A stretch of DNA of 63,862 nucleotides, counting the filler, from Reclinomonas americana ATCC 50394 (taxonomy: Eukaryota), in assembly GCA_048213135.1 (NCBI GenBank). It is 15 parts of 15 records of this genome, joined end to end, with 100 filler letters (N's around TTAATTAATTAA, not from the genome) between each part and the next. Parts side by side here need not be neighbours in the genome. Positions count along the whole stretch, not along the records: positions 25,266 to 26,612 come from AFZH01022109.1; positions 26,713 to 28,983 come from AFZH01022110.1; positions 29,084 to 38,101 come from AFZH01022111.1; positions 38,202 to 39,631 come from AFZH01022112.1; positions 39,732 to 42,605 come from AFZH01022113.1; positions 42,706 to 45,997 come from AFZH01022114.1; 9 more parts are not named here. One strand, given 5' to 3'. Shown piece after piece: positions 26,301 through 43,185 of this stretch. Below the pieces are notes generated by a model. That model did no database searches and had not been told where the DNA came from. It saw only the letters and a program-made list of their open reading frames with translations. Positions within the stretch are counted from its first letter, which is position 1. Each line of letters starts with the position of its first letter. A program made the translations under genes and the position numbers.

Positions 26301-28346
26301 CGGTCACACAAGGAGGTTCTCTCTCTCTCTTTTCTCTTTTACGCCATCCTCACTCACCAACATGCAGACGTCGAACTGACTTGGTCACGGAGGCATTGTG
26401 GCTCAAAGATGGAGATCTCGGAGGATGGCAAGACGGCGCGTCACACGTCCAAGCTGTGGGACTCGACGGTGCGGTGTGAGGAGCCGCTGGTGGATGATGG
26501 GAGTGGATCGACGTGTGCGTTTGAGTTGGTGCTGAGGTGAGTGGGGAAGGGGGAGCAGAAAGGGGAAGGGAGGTAGAAAGAGGAAGGGGGCAGAAAGGGG
26601 AAGGGGCAGAAANNNNNNNNNNNNNNNNNNNNNNNNNNNNNNNNNNNNNNNNNNNNTTAATTAATTAANNNNNNNNNNNNNNNNNNNNNNNNNNNNNNNN
26701 NNNNNNNNNNNNGAAGGGGAAGGGGGCGGAAAGGGGAAGGGGGCAGAAAGGGGAAGGGGGCAGAAAGAGGAAGATGGGGTGCAAGAAGCAAGTCGTGGGG
26801 GATCTGGAATGAGTTGGTCAATGACGGAGTGACACGGAGGGGAGTGGTGGGAGGCAGAGAATTCATTGTTGGTATTGATGGCCGAGTGATTCAAAACGTG
26901 ACAGTGCGTGTTTTTTATGGATGAGCATCTTCCCGTCACCGAGACGAGTCTTCACTGTGCCAAGGACATTTGTAGCGATCTTGTGCATTTATTCTTTCAA
27001 GTTCTCAGAGCGAGTTATTGCGAGCTTCCTTGAAGAGAGAGTTCTGTGTGGTTGTTTGAACGAATGCGCTGCAGTGCGATTTGTGTGTTCTTTGAGTCAG
27101 TCGAGCGGGAGTTCTTGTGTCATGCTTGCAGCTACATGATTGAGCGTTCAGCGAGTGCTTGTCACTTGTGGTCCTGGACACGCGTCTCTTTACACGCAGC
27201 AGTACTTCGTAGCGTTCAGCGAGTGCTTGTCTCGTGTGGCCCGCGTATCTTGTTTTTTGCATGCAGAAATACTTCGTAGCTCACTGTCACGTGTGGTCCT
27301 GGACACGTATTTTTTTGTTTTGCATGCAGAAGTACTGTACTGCATTCAGCGAGTGCATGTCACTTGTGGTCCATCGTGGACACGCGTATCTTGCTTGCAT
27401 GCAGCAGCACTTCACAGCGTTCAGCGAGTGTTCTGGTCCATCATGGACACGCGTCTCGTTTTGCATGCAGCAGTACTTTACATCGTTCAGCGAGTATTCT
27501 GGTGCATCATGGACACGCGTCTCTTTTGCACGTAGAAGTTCTTCGTCCATCACGACACCCGTATCTTGTTTTGCATCCAGAAGTACTTCACAGCGTTAGC
27601 GAGTGCTTATCACTTCTGATGCATCATGGACACGCGTACATGCAGAAGTACTTCATAGTGTACAGGTAGCGCCTCGTCTGTGGTAGAGTCGAGTCATTTA
27701 AGTTGCTTTCTGTCATGCAGCGCGATCAACAGGAGTGTCCTGTTTCGCATACAAGTTTCTCACAATCCTCTACCTCCCTTTCCTCCACCCCTTCCTCCCT
27801 TCTCCCTTCTCCTCTTATCCCGCAGACTAAACACCTCCGCCCAACACGAAATGATCGGCTTCACCACCGACGGCTTCTCCGACTGGGAGGGCATCTCCTT
27901 CTTCGCCTCCTCCCCCAATTTCGGCGTCTTCTTCTATACCAACAACACGCCGCTGCTGGTGTTCCCCGGCGGGCAAGATCTGCTCGGTCCCGTGCGGAAA
28001 CCGCGGAGTGGCGAACTGTTTCGTCTCCTGTTCAATTTGCGCGAGCAGACCATTACCGTGTACACGAATGCCGACGTCTCCCCAGTTGCGTCTGCCTGCT
28101 CCGCCACTCACTCACTCCTGTTGTCATCATCATCTCTGTGCTCAGGCATTGCCGTGGCCGCAAATGCCGAGAAGAATTTACCTGACCTACTCGTCGGCGT
28201 CGCCGAAGAGCGCGCTGGAGATTGTCGCCTGCCGCCGCGTGCTGCCGTCAGTGTGGGGCATCGCGGCCTCGGCACCCACTCCGCCGCTCTCCTCCTCTGT
28301 CACCACCTCGGCAACGACAGCGACGACGAATGGGGCCGCCTCATGA
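23355..28346 (+). CDS. BTB/POZ - BACK - SPRY/B30.2-like protein (putative Cul3 adaptor; multi-exon)
   Basis: BTB: GDVVIHTGDGGVLRAHRLFLRARSPYF...MEALLRFIYTG. BACK: LRYLLSLELRAEEIQLWRAVLHWG, LCFHRI. SPRY-like: LTWSRRHCGSKMEISEDGKTA, MIGF, FRLLFNLREQTITVY. Stop TGA at 28344-28346. Confidence 0.85.
27130..27660 (+). repeat. ~65-70-bp intronic tandem repeat
   Basis: Repeated TTGCATGCAG(C/A)AGTACTTC...GTTCAGCGAGTG...TGGACACGCGT units inside the BTB gene intron; no unique spacers. Confidence 0.85.
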
Positions 28347-28509
28347 GACGTGCAGGAGGGAGGGACAATCCACGAAAAAAAGAATCATAAATTATGCACT
28401 GTTTTGCAAGTCATTCAAAAACTTCCGGTTTGCCGAGCGACAGCGGAAGAGCGGTGTGCATGGAACAGGGGGGTGATAAAAGAAAGAAAGAAAGCAAGCA
28501 ACAAGGAGA

Positions 28510-33540
<5,031 letters not shown>

Positions 33541-34590
33541 ATCTGACTTTGCGAAATGCTGCAAATCGGTCGATTGGCGACCTGTATTGGATCTCCATTG
33601 GGTTTTTTGAGGATCGGGCGGGGAATGCAAGCTAGCGGAATCGAGGTCCTTTGATACAAAGCATTGGTTGAGCTGCAGCATGGTGGTCGAATTCGCATGC
33701 GTTCGAAATTGCAATTGCAAGACAGCTGTCGCTGCGGAAGCGCGCAACGTAGCAGCTGCAGCTGGGAAGAAGTCTGCATTAGTATGCACTACAATCTCGC
33801 GCCTGCTCCTTCGACCAGATCGCAGCTGTGACTGCCATTCGAGAAGTTGGATCCGAACTCAATTTTTATTTCCCGGCAAGTTTGTTGCCTAGCTTGGCTT
33901 CCAACAACAAGAGGAACGATTTTCGAAGTCTGCTCTTGATGCCAAAAGCACGTTGCACCGGCAACATCCGCAGAAGAATGCCATACGTGGCCTACCTGTC
34001 ACCGATCGCGACGCTGACGGTCCCTGCCGACGTGAGTGCTGATCGCAACTGGGGTTGTTTCCGTGCGCGAATTCAAGCTCAATTGCTGCAATGATTGGCG
34101 TGGTTTGTTTTGGTGATGCACAGACTGCAAGTGAGCATCGAGATAGCTGCTGTTGATAGATTGCTGTCGGCCAGCACGCGCACCCCGTGAGCTCTTGGAA
34201 TCCAGAGACAGGAGCCGCTGCGTGGTTTCTGTTGCAGAAACGCCAGCATTTTTTAGCCATCTCGACTTTCTTTCGTTTTTCCGTGATGTCTGAGTTTCTT
34301 GTGCTCACTCAAGATGGTGATCGTCATGCAGCTGTGTTGTCGTTTGCGTCGGGCGTTTCTGCATCGCGATATCGCGATCGACGACAAAACTGCCGAATAC
34401 AAATTGCAATACTGGGTTCATCGCTGCGTCCGTTGCTCGTTCTCATTACGGATCGGCGCTGCTTACTATCATGTACAACACCATGTACCAGCAGCACCGT
34501 GCATGCCCACCCACGAGCCCGAATACATTGACCAGTTTTGTTCGAAATTTCATCCTGCAGTTTTTTCTTCAGTGCGTTTTGTGAGCAGAG

Positions 34591-37500
34591 ATGATTGAGG
34601 AGCTGAAGTGGACGGTGACGTCGATTCCGTTTGAGGGACGTGGGTTTGAGAAGCACAAGGAGTTGCTGAAGAAGTGGTGCGTTGCGGAGAGTGAGTGAGA
34701 GGGAAAGAGATTTGCGCGGGAAGCAGAGGTTGATGGTTTGGTGGCGTCACGCTTGTTGATGCGGAGAGTAGGCAGAGTGGAGAAGGAGAGAGGGAGAAGG
34801 AGACAACGGAAGGGAGAGGGAGAGTGCGTGGAGAGTGTGTGAGAGAAAGACAGCAACAGATTTTGAGGTGATCTTCTCTCTCTCCCTGTGTCGCCCACTC
34901 TCCTCTCTCCCCTCTCCCATTGTGTATGTGTGTATGTGCGTGTGCGTGTCTTTGTGTGTGAGTTTCCTCAATTATCGAGTGTGATCATGCGAGACAACTG
35001 CCGAAACGCCCTCTTCCTATGCCGCCTTCGTTGGCGTTCTTGAGAGAGCGAGGGTAAAGGAGATGAGAGCGATGGCAGAGAGAGGAGAGAGGAGAGAAGA
35101 CAGAGAAAAAGAGCAAGAGAGAACGCGAGAGAGAGAGAGAGAGGAGAGAGGAGAGAGGAGAGCGTGGAGAGAAGAGAGATGAGAGACAGACAGACAGAGA
35201 GAGAGAGACGAGAGAGAGGAGAGAGGAGAGAGGAGAGGAGAGAGGAGAGAAAAAAGAGCAAGGAGAACGCGAGGGGGGAGACGAGAGCGTGAGAGAACGC
35301 GAGAGAGAGAGAAAGAGAGAGAGAGAGGAGAGAGCAGAGAGCCTAGAGCGTAGACGAGAGTGAGACAGGAACAAGAGAGAACGCGAGGGAGCGAGACAGA
35401 GCGAAGCCAGAGAGGGAAGACAGAGAGTGAGAGACGACAGAAAGAGAGAGAGAGAGAGACCAGAGAAGACAGTGTGCCATTGAGAAGAAGCAAGAATACC
35501 AATGAAGGCGACAGAAGAAGCAAGGGACACTTTCTCTCTCTCACTGTCGCTGCCTCTCGCTCTCTCTCCATCTCCCCGTATTTCTGTCTTGGTCTGCACC
35601 TGTCTGACTTTCTCATTCTCCATGTAAGCCTCTCTCACTCCTCTCCTCTTCTCATCCCTCACCCTTCCCTCCCCACCCACAGGGACCTGGAGGCCCACAT
35701 GAGCCTCCACTCCTTCCGCTACGACCCCCACGTCTCCTCGTCCCACATCGAGCCATTCCTGGTCGAGCTGCTGAACAGCGAGGCGGTGCAGGGACACTTC
35801 CAGGTGCGCACCCTTCGCCACGTCATTCCTTCTCTTCCCAGCATCTCATCCTCACACCCCGCAGGTGGTGGCCCACGGAGGCGTGTGGCAGCCATTCGCC
35901 GGCACCGTGACCTCGGTCAGGGCGCGCCAGCTCGGCTGCTCGGTGCTGAGCATGAGCTTCTTTGACAAGCTGTCGGAGGGCGAGGAGGTGGTGCGCGAGA
36001 CGGGCTCGATCGTCAAGTGTTTCGATGTGTACCTGGACGATGGGGTGACGGTGAGCGATCGGCTGCGCGAGATGTTCCTGTCGGAGGAGTCGCCGTCGGC
36101 CGAGCTGTTCTCGGAGGAGGAGAAGAATGAGTTTGTGTATCACGTAATGAGGTATGAGAGGGAAAGGTACGAAGGGCAGATACAGAGACTCAGTGATTGC
36201 TGGCAGGCGATTGGCCACGGGCGGTGGATTGAATCAGTACGAGGACACGGTGGCGCCGCTGACCGAGGCGTGCAAGTCGATCTACAAGGATTTGGTGAGG
36301 TGAGGAGGTGGAAAAGGGGAAGGGGAAGATGAGGGAGAGGGGAAGGATAAAGAAGGAGAGAAGTGGGAGAGACGTTAAAGAGGAAGGAGGAGAGTGGAAG
36401 AGAGGATAAAGAGGAAGGAGGAGAGCGGGAGAGGAGATTAAGAGGAAGGAGGAGAGTGGGGAACAGAGGGTGAGAGTCTTAATAACACGCGCGCGCTCTC
36501 TCATGTACACGCTCTGAGCGGTTGTGAAACAAACCATAGCGCACTTCTCGAGCCACGCAGTCGCTCGCTCCTACACAGCAGTCTCTTCTCTCTCATCCTC
36601 GCAGCTTGTAACCTGCTAGTCAAGGAGAACATGTGAATGTGTGAGTACGTGAAGAGTTAATGAGCAGATCTTAACACTCTGGTCTTTGATGCACTAGCTG
36701 TCGTGCAATACGAGAAAGCGTGTGAGTTGACCTATGTCCTCTCTTCTTCTCTTCAGATAACTGGACATTTTCGTAGCAAGGGGTGAAAGTGTTGCATGCG
36801 AGTTCATCTCTACCCTCTCTTCTCCTGTTGCTGTGCACGCTGAGCTGTTGAGTGAGCAGTTTTGTGACCCCTTTATGCACATGCTCACGGAGCAGTTATG
36901 CAACAAGAGGGCAGCTAGTGAGTTGGCCCTCATATTCTCTTTTCCTCTTGATGCGCACGCTCACAGAACGATAGAAAAATAGAGCAGTTTTTGAGTCGAT
37001 CTTCACCCTCTCTTCCATACGCTGAGCGAGAAGCTATGGAACAAAAGCAGCCTGTGCATCGATCTTATCCTCTCGTCTCCTCCTGATGCACACGCTCTCT
37101 GAGGACTTCTGAAGGGTGAGAGCAGCTTGCAAGTCGATGTTACCTTCTCCTCTGAGCAGTAATCCAACAAGAGAGCAGCATGTTCATCGCTCTTTGCTCG
37201 TCTCCTTCTGATGCGCTCCCTTTCTACGCTCTGAAACAAGAGGACAGCATGTTCATAGATCTTATCCTCTCGTCTCCTCCTGCTGTGCACGAAAAGAGCT
37301 GCATGTGAGTTGATCTCGAGCCTCACTTGTCCTCCTGATGCACACGCTCCCTGAGAGTTATGCAGCTCGCAAGAGAGCACTTGTGCAATTTCTATCTCTT
37401 TCATCTACCAGTGATCATCTCATGCTTTGATCTTTACCCTCCCTTCCCCTCCCCCGCACAGCGTGCAAAAGAACCCCCACACCGGCAACCCCGAAGTGAT

Positions 37501-37648
37501 CTCCAGGGCCTTCGAGGTGACGCAGGTCGACTGCACCGGCACGCCCTTCTTCGACCGGGAGACGCCACTCAATTTCTGCTACGTGGTGTTGGATCCCATT
37601 CGCCGAGTGGCACACTTGTGGTACTCGTCCTTCATTCCGGTGTTTTAG
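34591..37648 (+). CDS. CFAP300: Cilia- and flagella-associated protein 300 (C11orf70; dynein arm assembly factor)
   Basis: Spliced product includes ELLKKW, SVLSMSFFDKL, GSIVKCFD, SDRLREMFL.EES...LFSEEEKNEF, LATGGGLNQYED, KSIYKDLVSVQKN, FCYVVLDPIRR; ATG 34591, TAG 37646-37648. Confidence 0.92.
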
Positions 37649-37703
37649 AGAAGAAACGAAAAAAACAAGTGAACGGGCATCGATATCGTTTAATTACAGC
37701 ACA

Positions 37704-40700
37704 TCATTGGACGCTCATCGTGGACGCCACGGTGACGTACGGCTGCTTGATGGCCAGCTGGGAGGACACGCGGCGCAGGTCCTCCCGCACCATGTCTCGC
37801 GGTTCGTCGACCATCAGTTCGGGGTCGACACCCGGCGCCGTGGGAATGGGGTCCGAGTCGTACGCGTCGGCGTAGCGTGAGGCGAGCGAGTGGGCGCCAA
37901 AGTAGAAGAGTGAGTCTGCGGGAGGGGAGAAGGGAGGGAAGAGGTGAGAGGAGCAGAGGGAAAAGAGGGAAGGAGGGAAGGAGGGGAAGAGGGGAAGAGG
38001 GAAAGGGGAAGGGGAAGAGAGAGAAGGGAAGGAGGGAAAGAGGGACGGAGGGAAAGGGAGTGAAAGGGAGGGAAAGGAGGGAAAGAGGGAAAGAGGGAAG
38101 GNNNNNNNNNNNNNNNNNNNNNNNNNNNNNNNNNNNNNNNNNNNNTTAATTAATTAANNNNNNNNNNNNNNNNNNNNNNNNNNNNNNNNNNNNNNNNNNN
38201 NCAGAATGACAAGGAATCGTGTGCGATGAGAGAGGACGAGAGGAAGAGAGGAAGAGGGGAAGTGGGGAAGAGAGGAAGAGAGGAAGAGAGGAAGAGAGGA
38301 AGAAAGGAAGAGAGGAAGAAAGGAAGAGAGGAAGAGAGGAAGAAATAGAAAGGGCGAAAACAGGACGAGAAGCTGCGGACTGGGAAAAGTAGGAAAGAAG
38401 AGAGAATGAAGTGAGAACGAAAACGGAGAGAAGGAAAGAGAAGAGGGAGGGGAAATAGGGTAAGCAGTTATGAGGTGCGGTGGAGAAGAGAAGGAAGAGG
38501 GACACATCCCCTCGCAACCTCGTGACAGTGCCAAGCAAGTGGCGAAGATGTCCCATGGACGGAGAATAAAAGAGATAGAGATTTGTTGAAAGCTGACGCA
38601 GATAAGAAATGCAGAAAATGGGAAGCCGGTGCAAGTGCGATCGTGTTGTAAGCAAGCAGAGAAGATTGGGCAGTAACTGCACTTCCCCCCTGCCCCTTCT
38701 CCTATTCCCACCCCTTCCCGATAATCGCACCAATCACCCACAGCGCACTCGACACAATCGTGAGAATATTGCAGTCGCGCTGGCCAGCAGCCGGATAACG
38801 GAAGTTGATAAAATCGCACGTAAAGGCCACACGCACATAGAACGCCGAGCCAATCACGTAAAAGAGGTCACCCCAGAAGCACAGGTCGGGGAGGTAGATG
38901 ACGTGGCGCGTGCCGGCCTTGGTTTGCAGTTCAATGTCGCGCTCGGTGGGGGGTGGGTGTGAGGGGCGTATCCTAGAAGGGGGGAAGGGGAGAAGGGAAT
39001 GAGAAGAATGAGCCAATTACGGAGGACCAAGAAGAGAGAGCAAACTGCTGCTGACTAAGAAGAGAACCATGAGCTGAGAACATGCTGTTGTCAGCAAAAA
39101 TGGAGAAGCATGAACAGAGAGAAAAATGTTGCCAGAAACCATGAACAGAGAGCATACTGTCGCCCAGCACAGAGAGCAACTGCATGCAACTGTGGATCAT
39201 GAACAGAGAGGAAGCGGTTACCAACTAAAGCGGACCATGACCAGAGGAAAGACTGTCGCCAAGTGAAGAAAGAACCATAAACCGGGAGCAAACTACTGCC
39301 TACAAACTTGAACAAAGAGCAAAGTTGAAAGAACGATGCATAGAGAGCAACTACCAACGAATGAGGAACCAGGAACAGAGAGCATACTGTTGCTAGCTAA
39401 TGAACAGCAACCAAACTGCTGCCGACGAAAAAGAGATCCACGAATAGAGAGCAACCTGGCGCAGTGCGCTTCTCACCTAAAAAAGTTGTACTGCACTGGA
39501 CTTCCACGCTTCCTCTCCGCGTAGTGATTGAACCACCAGCCCATGACGCAAAATATCGCCGCCACCAAGTACACCCACGCCATGGTGATGTCGATGGAGT
39601 CGTACAATACGCTGGCGGGCAAGTCAGAACCNNNNNNNNNNNNNNNNNNNNNNNNNNNNNNNNNNNNNNNNNNNNTTAATTAATTAANNNNNNNNNNNNN
39701 NNNNNNNNNNNNNNNNNNNNNNNNNNNNNNNGGAGAGAGGAAGAGGAGAGGAGAGGAGAGGAGAGGAGAGGAGAGGAGAGGAGAGGAGAGGAGAGGAGAG
39801 GAAGGAGAGGGCTAGTCGAGAAGGGTAAAGAATGGGGCAGGAAAATGAGAATGCAATCAACGGAGAGCAGGAGAATGGTTACACGCACATGTGCCATCTC
39901 ACGCAACGCAACGAAGAATACGTGGACGACAGCGTGATGATGGCCAGGTACATGTAAAACGCTGAGGCCACAAGGAAGATTAGATTCGACCAGCCGTACC
40001 TGATCGACATTCTATAGTGAGTCACTCGGCGCACGACCTCGTGTGTGTGCTGCACTCACCAGTCGATTCGCTGCAAGTACTTGCCGAGCGCAGACTTGCA
40101 TCCACCGCCGCCGTACACGCAACCGTCGTACAAGCGGTGCAGTTGCACCGTGTCGAGTGTGTACAACATCGAGTCCTGCACGTGCGATACGGTGAGCGAC
40201 CCGCTGTTCACTCATGCTGCAGCAAGGCAATGCAAACCAGGAGGTAATTGGCGGCGCCCCACACGCCGAGGTATGTCGACACTTGCGAGCATATGCCGCT
40301 GGCTGGACACTCCCAGCTGGTGGCGACAACAAGGTCAGTAAGCGAGTTCCGTTGTTGTGTGTTCTGTGCATTTCTCCTCTCCCGTGTCTCTCTCCGTTCT
40401 CTCTCCACAAGCGAGAAGCAGAGAACACGACCACACTGACTATCTTCTGAGTCTTCCTCTCACCCTTCTCCCCTTATGAGAGCCTCACTCCTTGCCTGTT
40501 GCAAATGACACTGTCTGCACAAACCTCCTCTCCCGTGTCTCATCAGAGGCAGACCCAATGAATCCACGTTGTCTAGTGCTCCCGCAAACCTCTCTCGCTC
40601 TCTGCGCCCCTCACTCTCGTTTCTCACCCTCCTTCTTCCTCCCAAGAATCAGCCAACAAGTCCAATTTCCCTTCTCCTTTTCTCCCCCTTCCTCCCCCCC

Positions 40701-41467
40701 ACTCACCTCATAACGGCGGCCACCAACGCACCCACCGCACCCACACAAAACAAAAAGTTGCCCCACCACGAGAAATCCGCCCGATCAAACCACGACGGAT
40801 TCTCCGTCTGCTCAATCACCGTAACCGCGTCCACATCAAAGTCCTCGCCCGCCGCCAACATCGACTCCTGATCCTCGTCCTCCTCCTCCGCCAACAACGC
40901 CGTCTGCTGATCGTACTCCTCACCATACTCCAACGTCGGCGACGTGACAATCTGCGCAGTGTTGTCATCACCGCCAGTTCCGAGCAAAGAGTCAATCAGC
41001 AGTGACGTGGCCGCTGCATCGCCGGTGGTCTCGCGCCTTCGCACACGCGGTTTGGCATGCCGACGTGCCAGACACGCGACGTTGCGATTCAACGTCGATG
41101 AGCGCACGAGAACGACGGATGCCGAGGCGGCGGAGGAAGGGCGACGTCGTCCTGTGATGGACGATGCACTGCTGCGACGACTGAGCTCGCCCTGATGTTG
41201 TTGCGAGGCAGTGGTGGTCACGGAGGGCGTGCGTGACTCCAATGTTGGCAGTGGTTGCAGCACGGATAAGGAGGAGGCGACTGGCACTGAGGAGGCGAGT
41301 GTGGAGACTGGTGGCACGAAGATGACATTGCGTGGGCGGGAGGGTGTGTGTGGTGGTGGTGGTGGTGCGTGTGTGGTGGGGAGGAGAGGGCCGCGCTCTC
41401 CGGCGTCGCCGCTGCTGACGAGCAGAGAGCTGCGGCGCATGTGCGCGAAGACAAAAGGAGAGGACAT
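37704..41467 (-). CDS. Multipass membrane protein with repeated (D)W..W.(N/D).LF..GS..Y helices (YrhK-like repeat), disordered N-terminus
   Basis: Exons encode DFSWWGNFLFCVGAVGALV, IDWYGWSNLIFLVASAFYMY and DLCFWGDLFYVIGSAFYV; ATG 41467; stop at 37704; two gaps fall inside. Confidence 0.65.
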
Positions 41468-42797
41468 TTTGCAAGTGCAGGACGTGTGAGAAGCGAAAGG
41501 TGTGTGAGAGAAGGAGAGTGGCGGGAAAGGAAGAGAAGAGGCGTGGTTGTGCGAGGGAGTTGGGCGATGGGAGTGAGAGAGAGGCAAGGGAGATATGCGG
41601 AGATTCTTGCAGTGGAGAGAGGATGCGTTGTACTCTCTTACTCACTCTCTCACTCACTCTCTCTCGCTCTCTCTCTGTTTTCCTCCTCCTTGTTATGTTC
41701 TTGTTTCTGTTCCTTCGCACTCGCTCATGTTGTTGTTCAGCATTCGCATGTTGTGTTCGAACCAACTTTGTCTTCTCTGCTCTCTCTCACTCTCTCTCTT
41801 TCTTCCTCCTTCCTGTTTCTGGTCATCTTCCTTTGTCACTCTGCAATCGATATCGCCTGTGTTGTTCGAATGCATCTCATCACTTGCAAATTTGCTCTGT
41901 CTCTCTCACTCTTTTCTTCTCTTTTTCCTCTTCCTCTCTGTCTCTCTCCCGTTCTCTCTTTCTTCCTCCTTCCTGTTTCTGTTCATCTCATTCGTCACTC
42001 TGCATTCGCCTGTGTTGTTTCTCTTCTCTTTCCCACGCTTTTCTTCTTTCCTCTTCCTCTCTGTCTCTCTGTCTTTATCTCTTTTCTCTTTCTACTTTTT
42101 TCTCTTCCTTCGTCTGCAATCGTTGTTTATGTCGCGTTCGAAGATCATAATCTCTCTTTCTCTTTCTCTCTTTCTCTCTCGGTGTGTGTCCCTCTGTCTC
42201 CCTGTCTCTGTGTTATACTCTCTTCTTGTTTCCTGTTCCTGTTGCTGCAATCGTTATGCAATCGCGGGCTGTGTTCGAAGGCAACTCATTGCACTTGCAA
42301 GTCTCTCAAGTCTCTCCCTCCATCTTCCTCTCCTCTGCGCGCTCTCTCTCTCTCTCTCTCTGTTCTTTCTTCGTCACTCTGCAATATCTTCAGCATTCTA
42401 TTCACTTGTGTTGTGTTCGAAGGCAACTCGTTGCTCTTCTCTCGTTTGCATGCGCTCTCTTTCACACACTCTTTTGTTCTCTCTTTTTTTTTATTCTTCA
42501 TTCCTGTTTCCTATTCCTCTCCTCACTCTCTTGAGTTTTCCGTCCCCTACAATCGTTGTGCAATCGCGTGTTGTGTTCGAGGCTCCAACTCTTCTCTCTC
42601 TCTCTNNNNNNNNNNNNNNNNNNNNNNNNNNNNNNNNNNNNNNNNNNNNTTAATTAATTAANNNNNNNNNNNNNNNNNNNNNNNNNNNNNNNNNNNNNNN
42701 NNNNNTCTCGTCTCGTCTCTCGTTCGTTACTCTCGTCGTTCGTACGTTCGTCTACTACTACGTCTCTCGTCGTCGTCTCGTTCGTCTCGTCGTCGTC

Positions 42798-42864
<67 letters not shown>

Positions 42865-43185
42865 TTCTTCGTCACGTTGTGTTCGAAGGCAACTCGTTGC
42901 ACTCTGCTCTTTTCTTTTCTCACACCTGCACGCATTCGCGGTTCTTTGCATTCTCTCTTCCTCTCCTTTGTCGGTTCCGTGTTCACAGTTGTCTCGTCGC
43001 GCATCGTACATCTTTAGTGGAGCAGAAGCACTTCTTCCATCACTGCTTGCGCCCTTCTCCTTATACCCCATCCCCTAATTCCTCCTTCCTTCTCTCTTCT
43101 CCCTTCCCTTCCCCCTCCTCTTTCCCCCTTCTCCCTCCTTCGCCTCCCTTCCCTCCTGACCCCTTCTCTCTTCCCGAGCAGTTCC

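Noticed and set aside
27130..27660. Regularly spaced repeats resembling a CRISPR array
   Set aside because: No unique spacers, units are degenerate tandem copies, no cas genes, eukaryotic intron context.
41348..42661. Long hydrophobic Leu/Ser/Phe ORFs
   Set aside because: CT-rich low-complexity non-coding DNA lacking stops by composition; the same applies to similar ORFs at 13818-14833 and 17886-18857.
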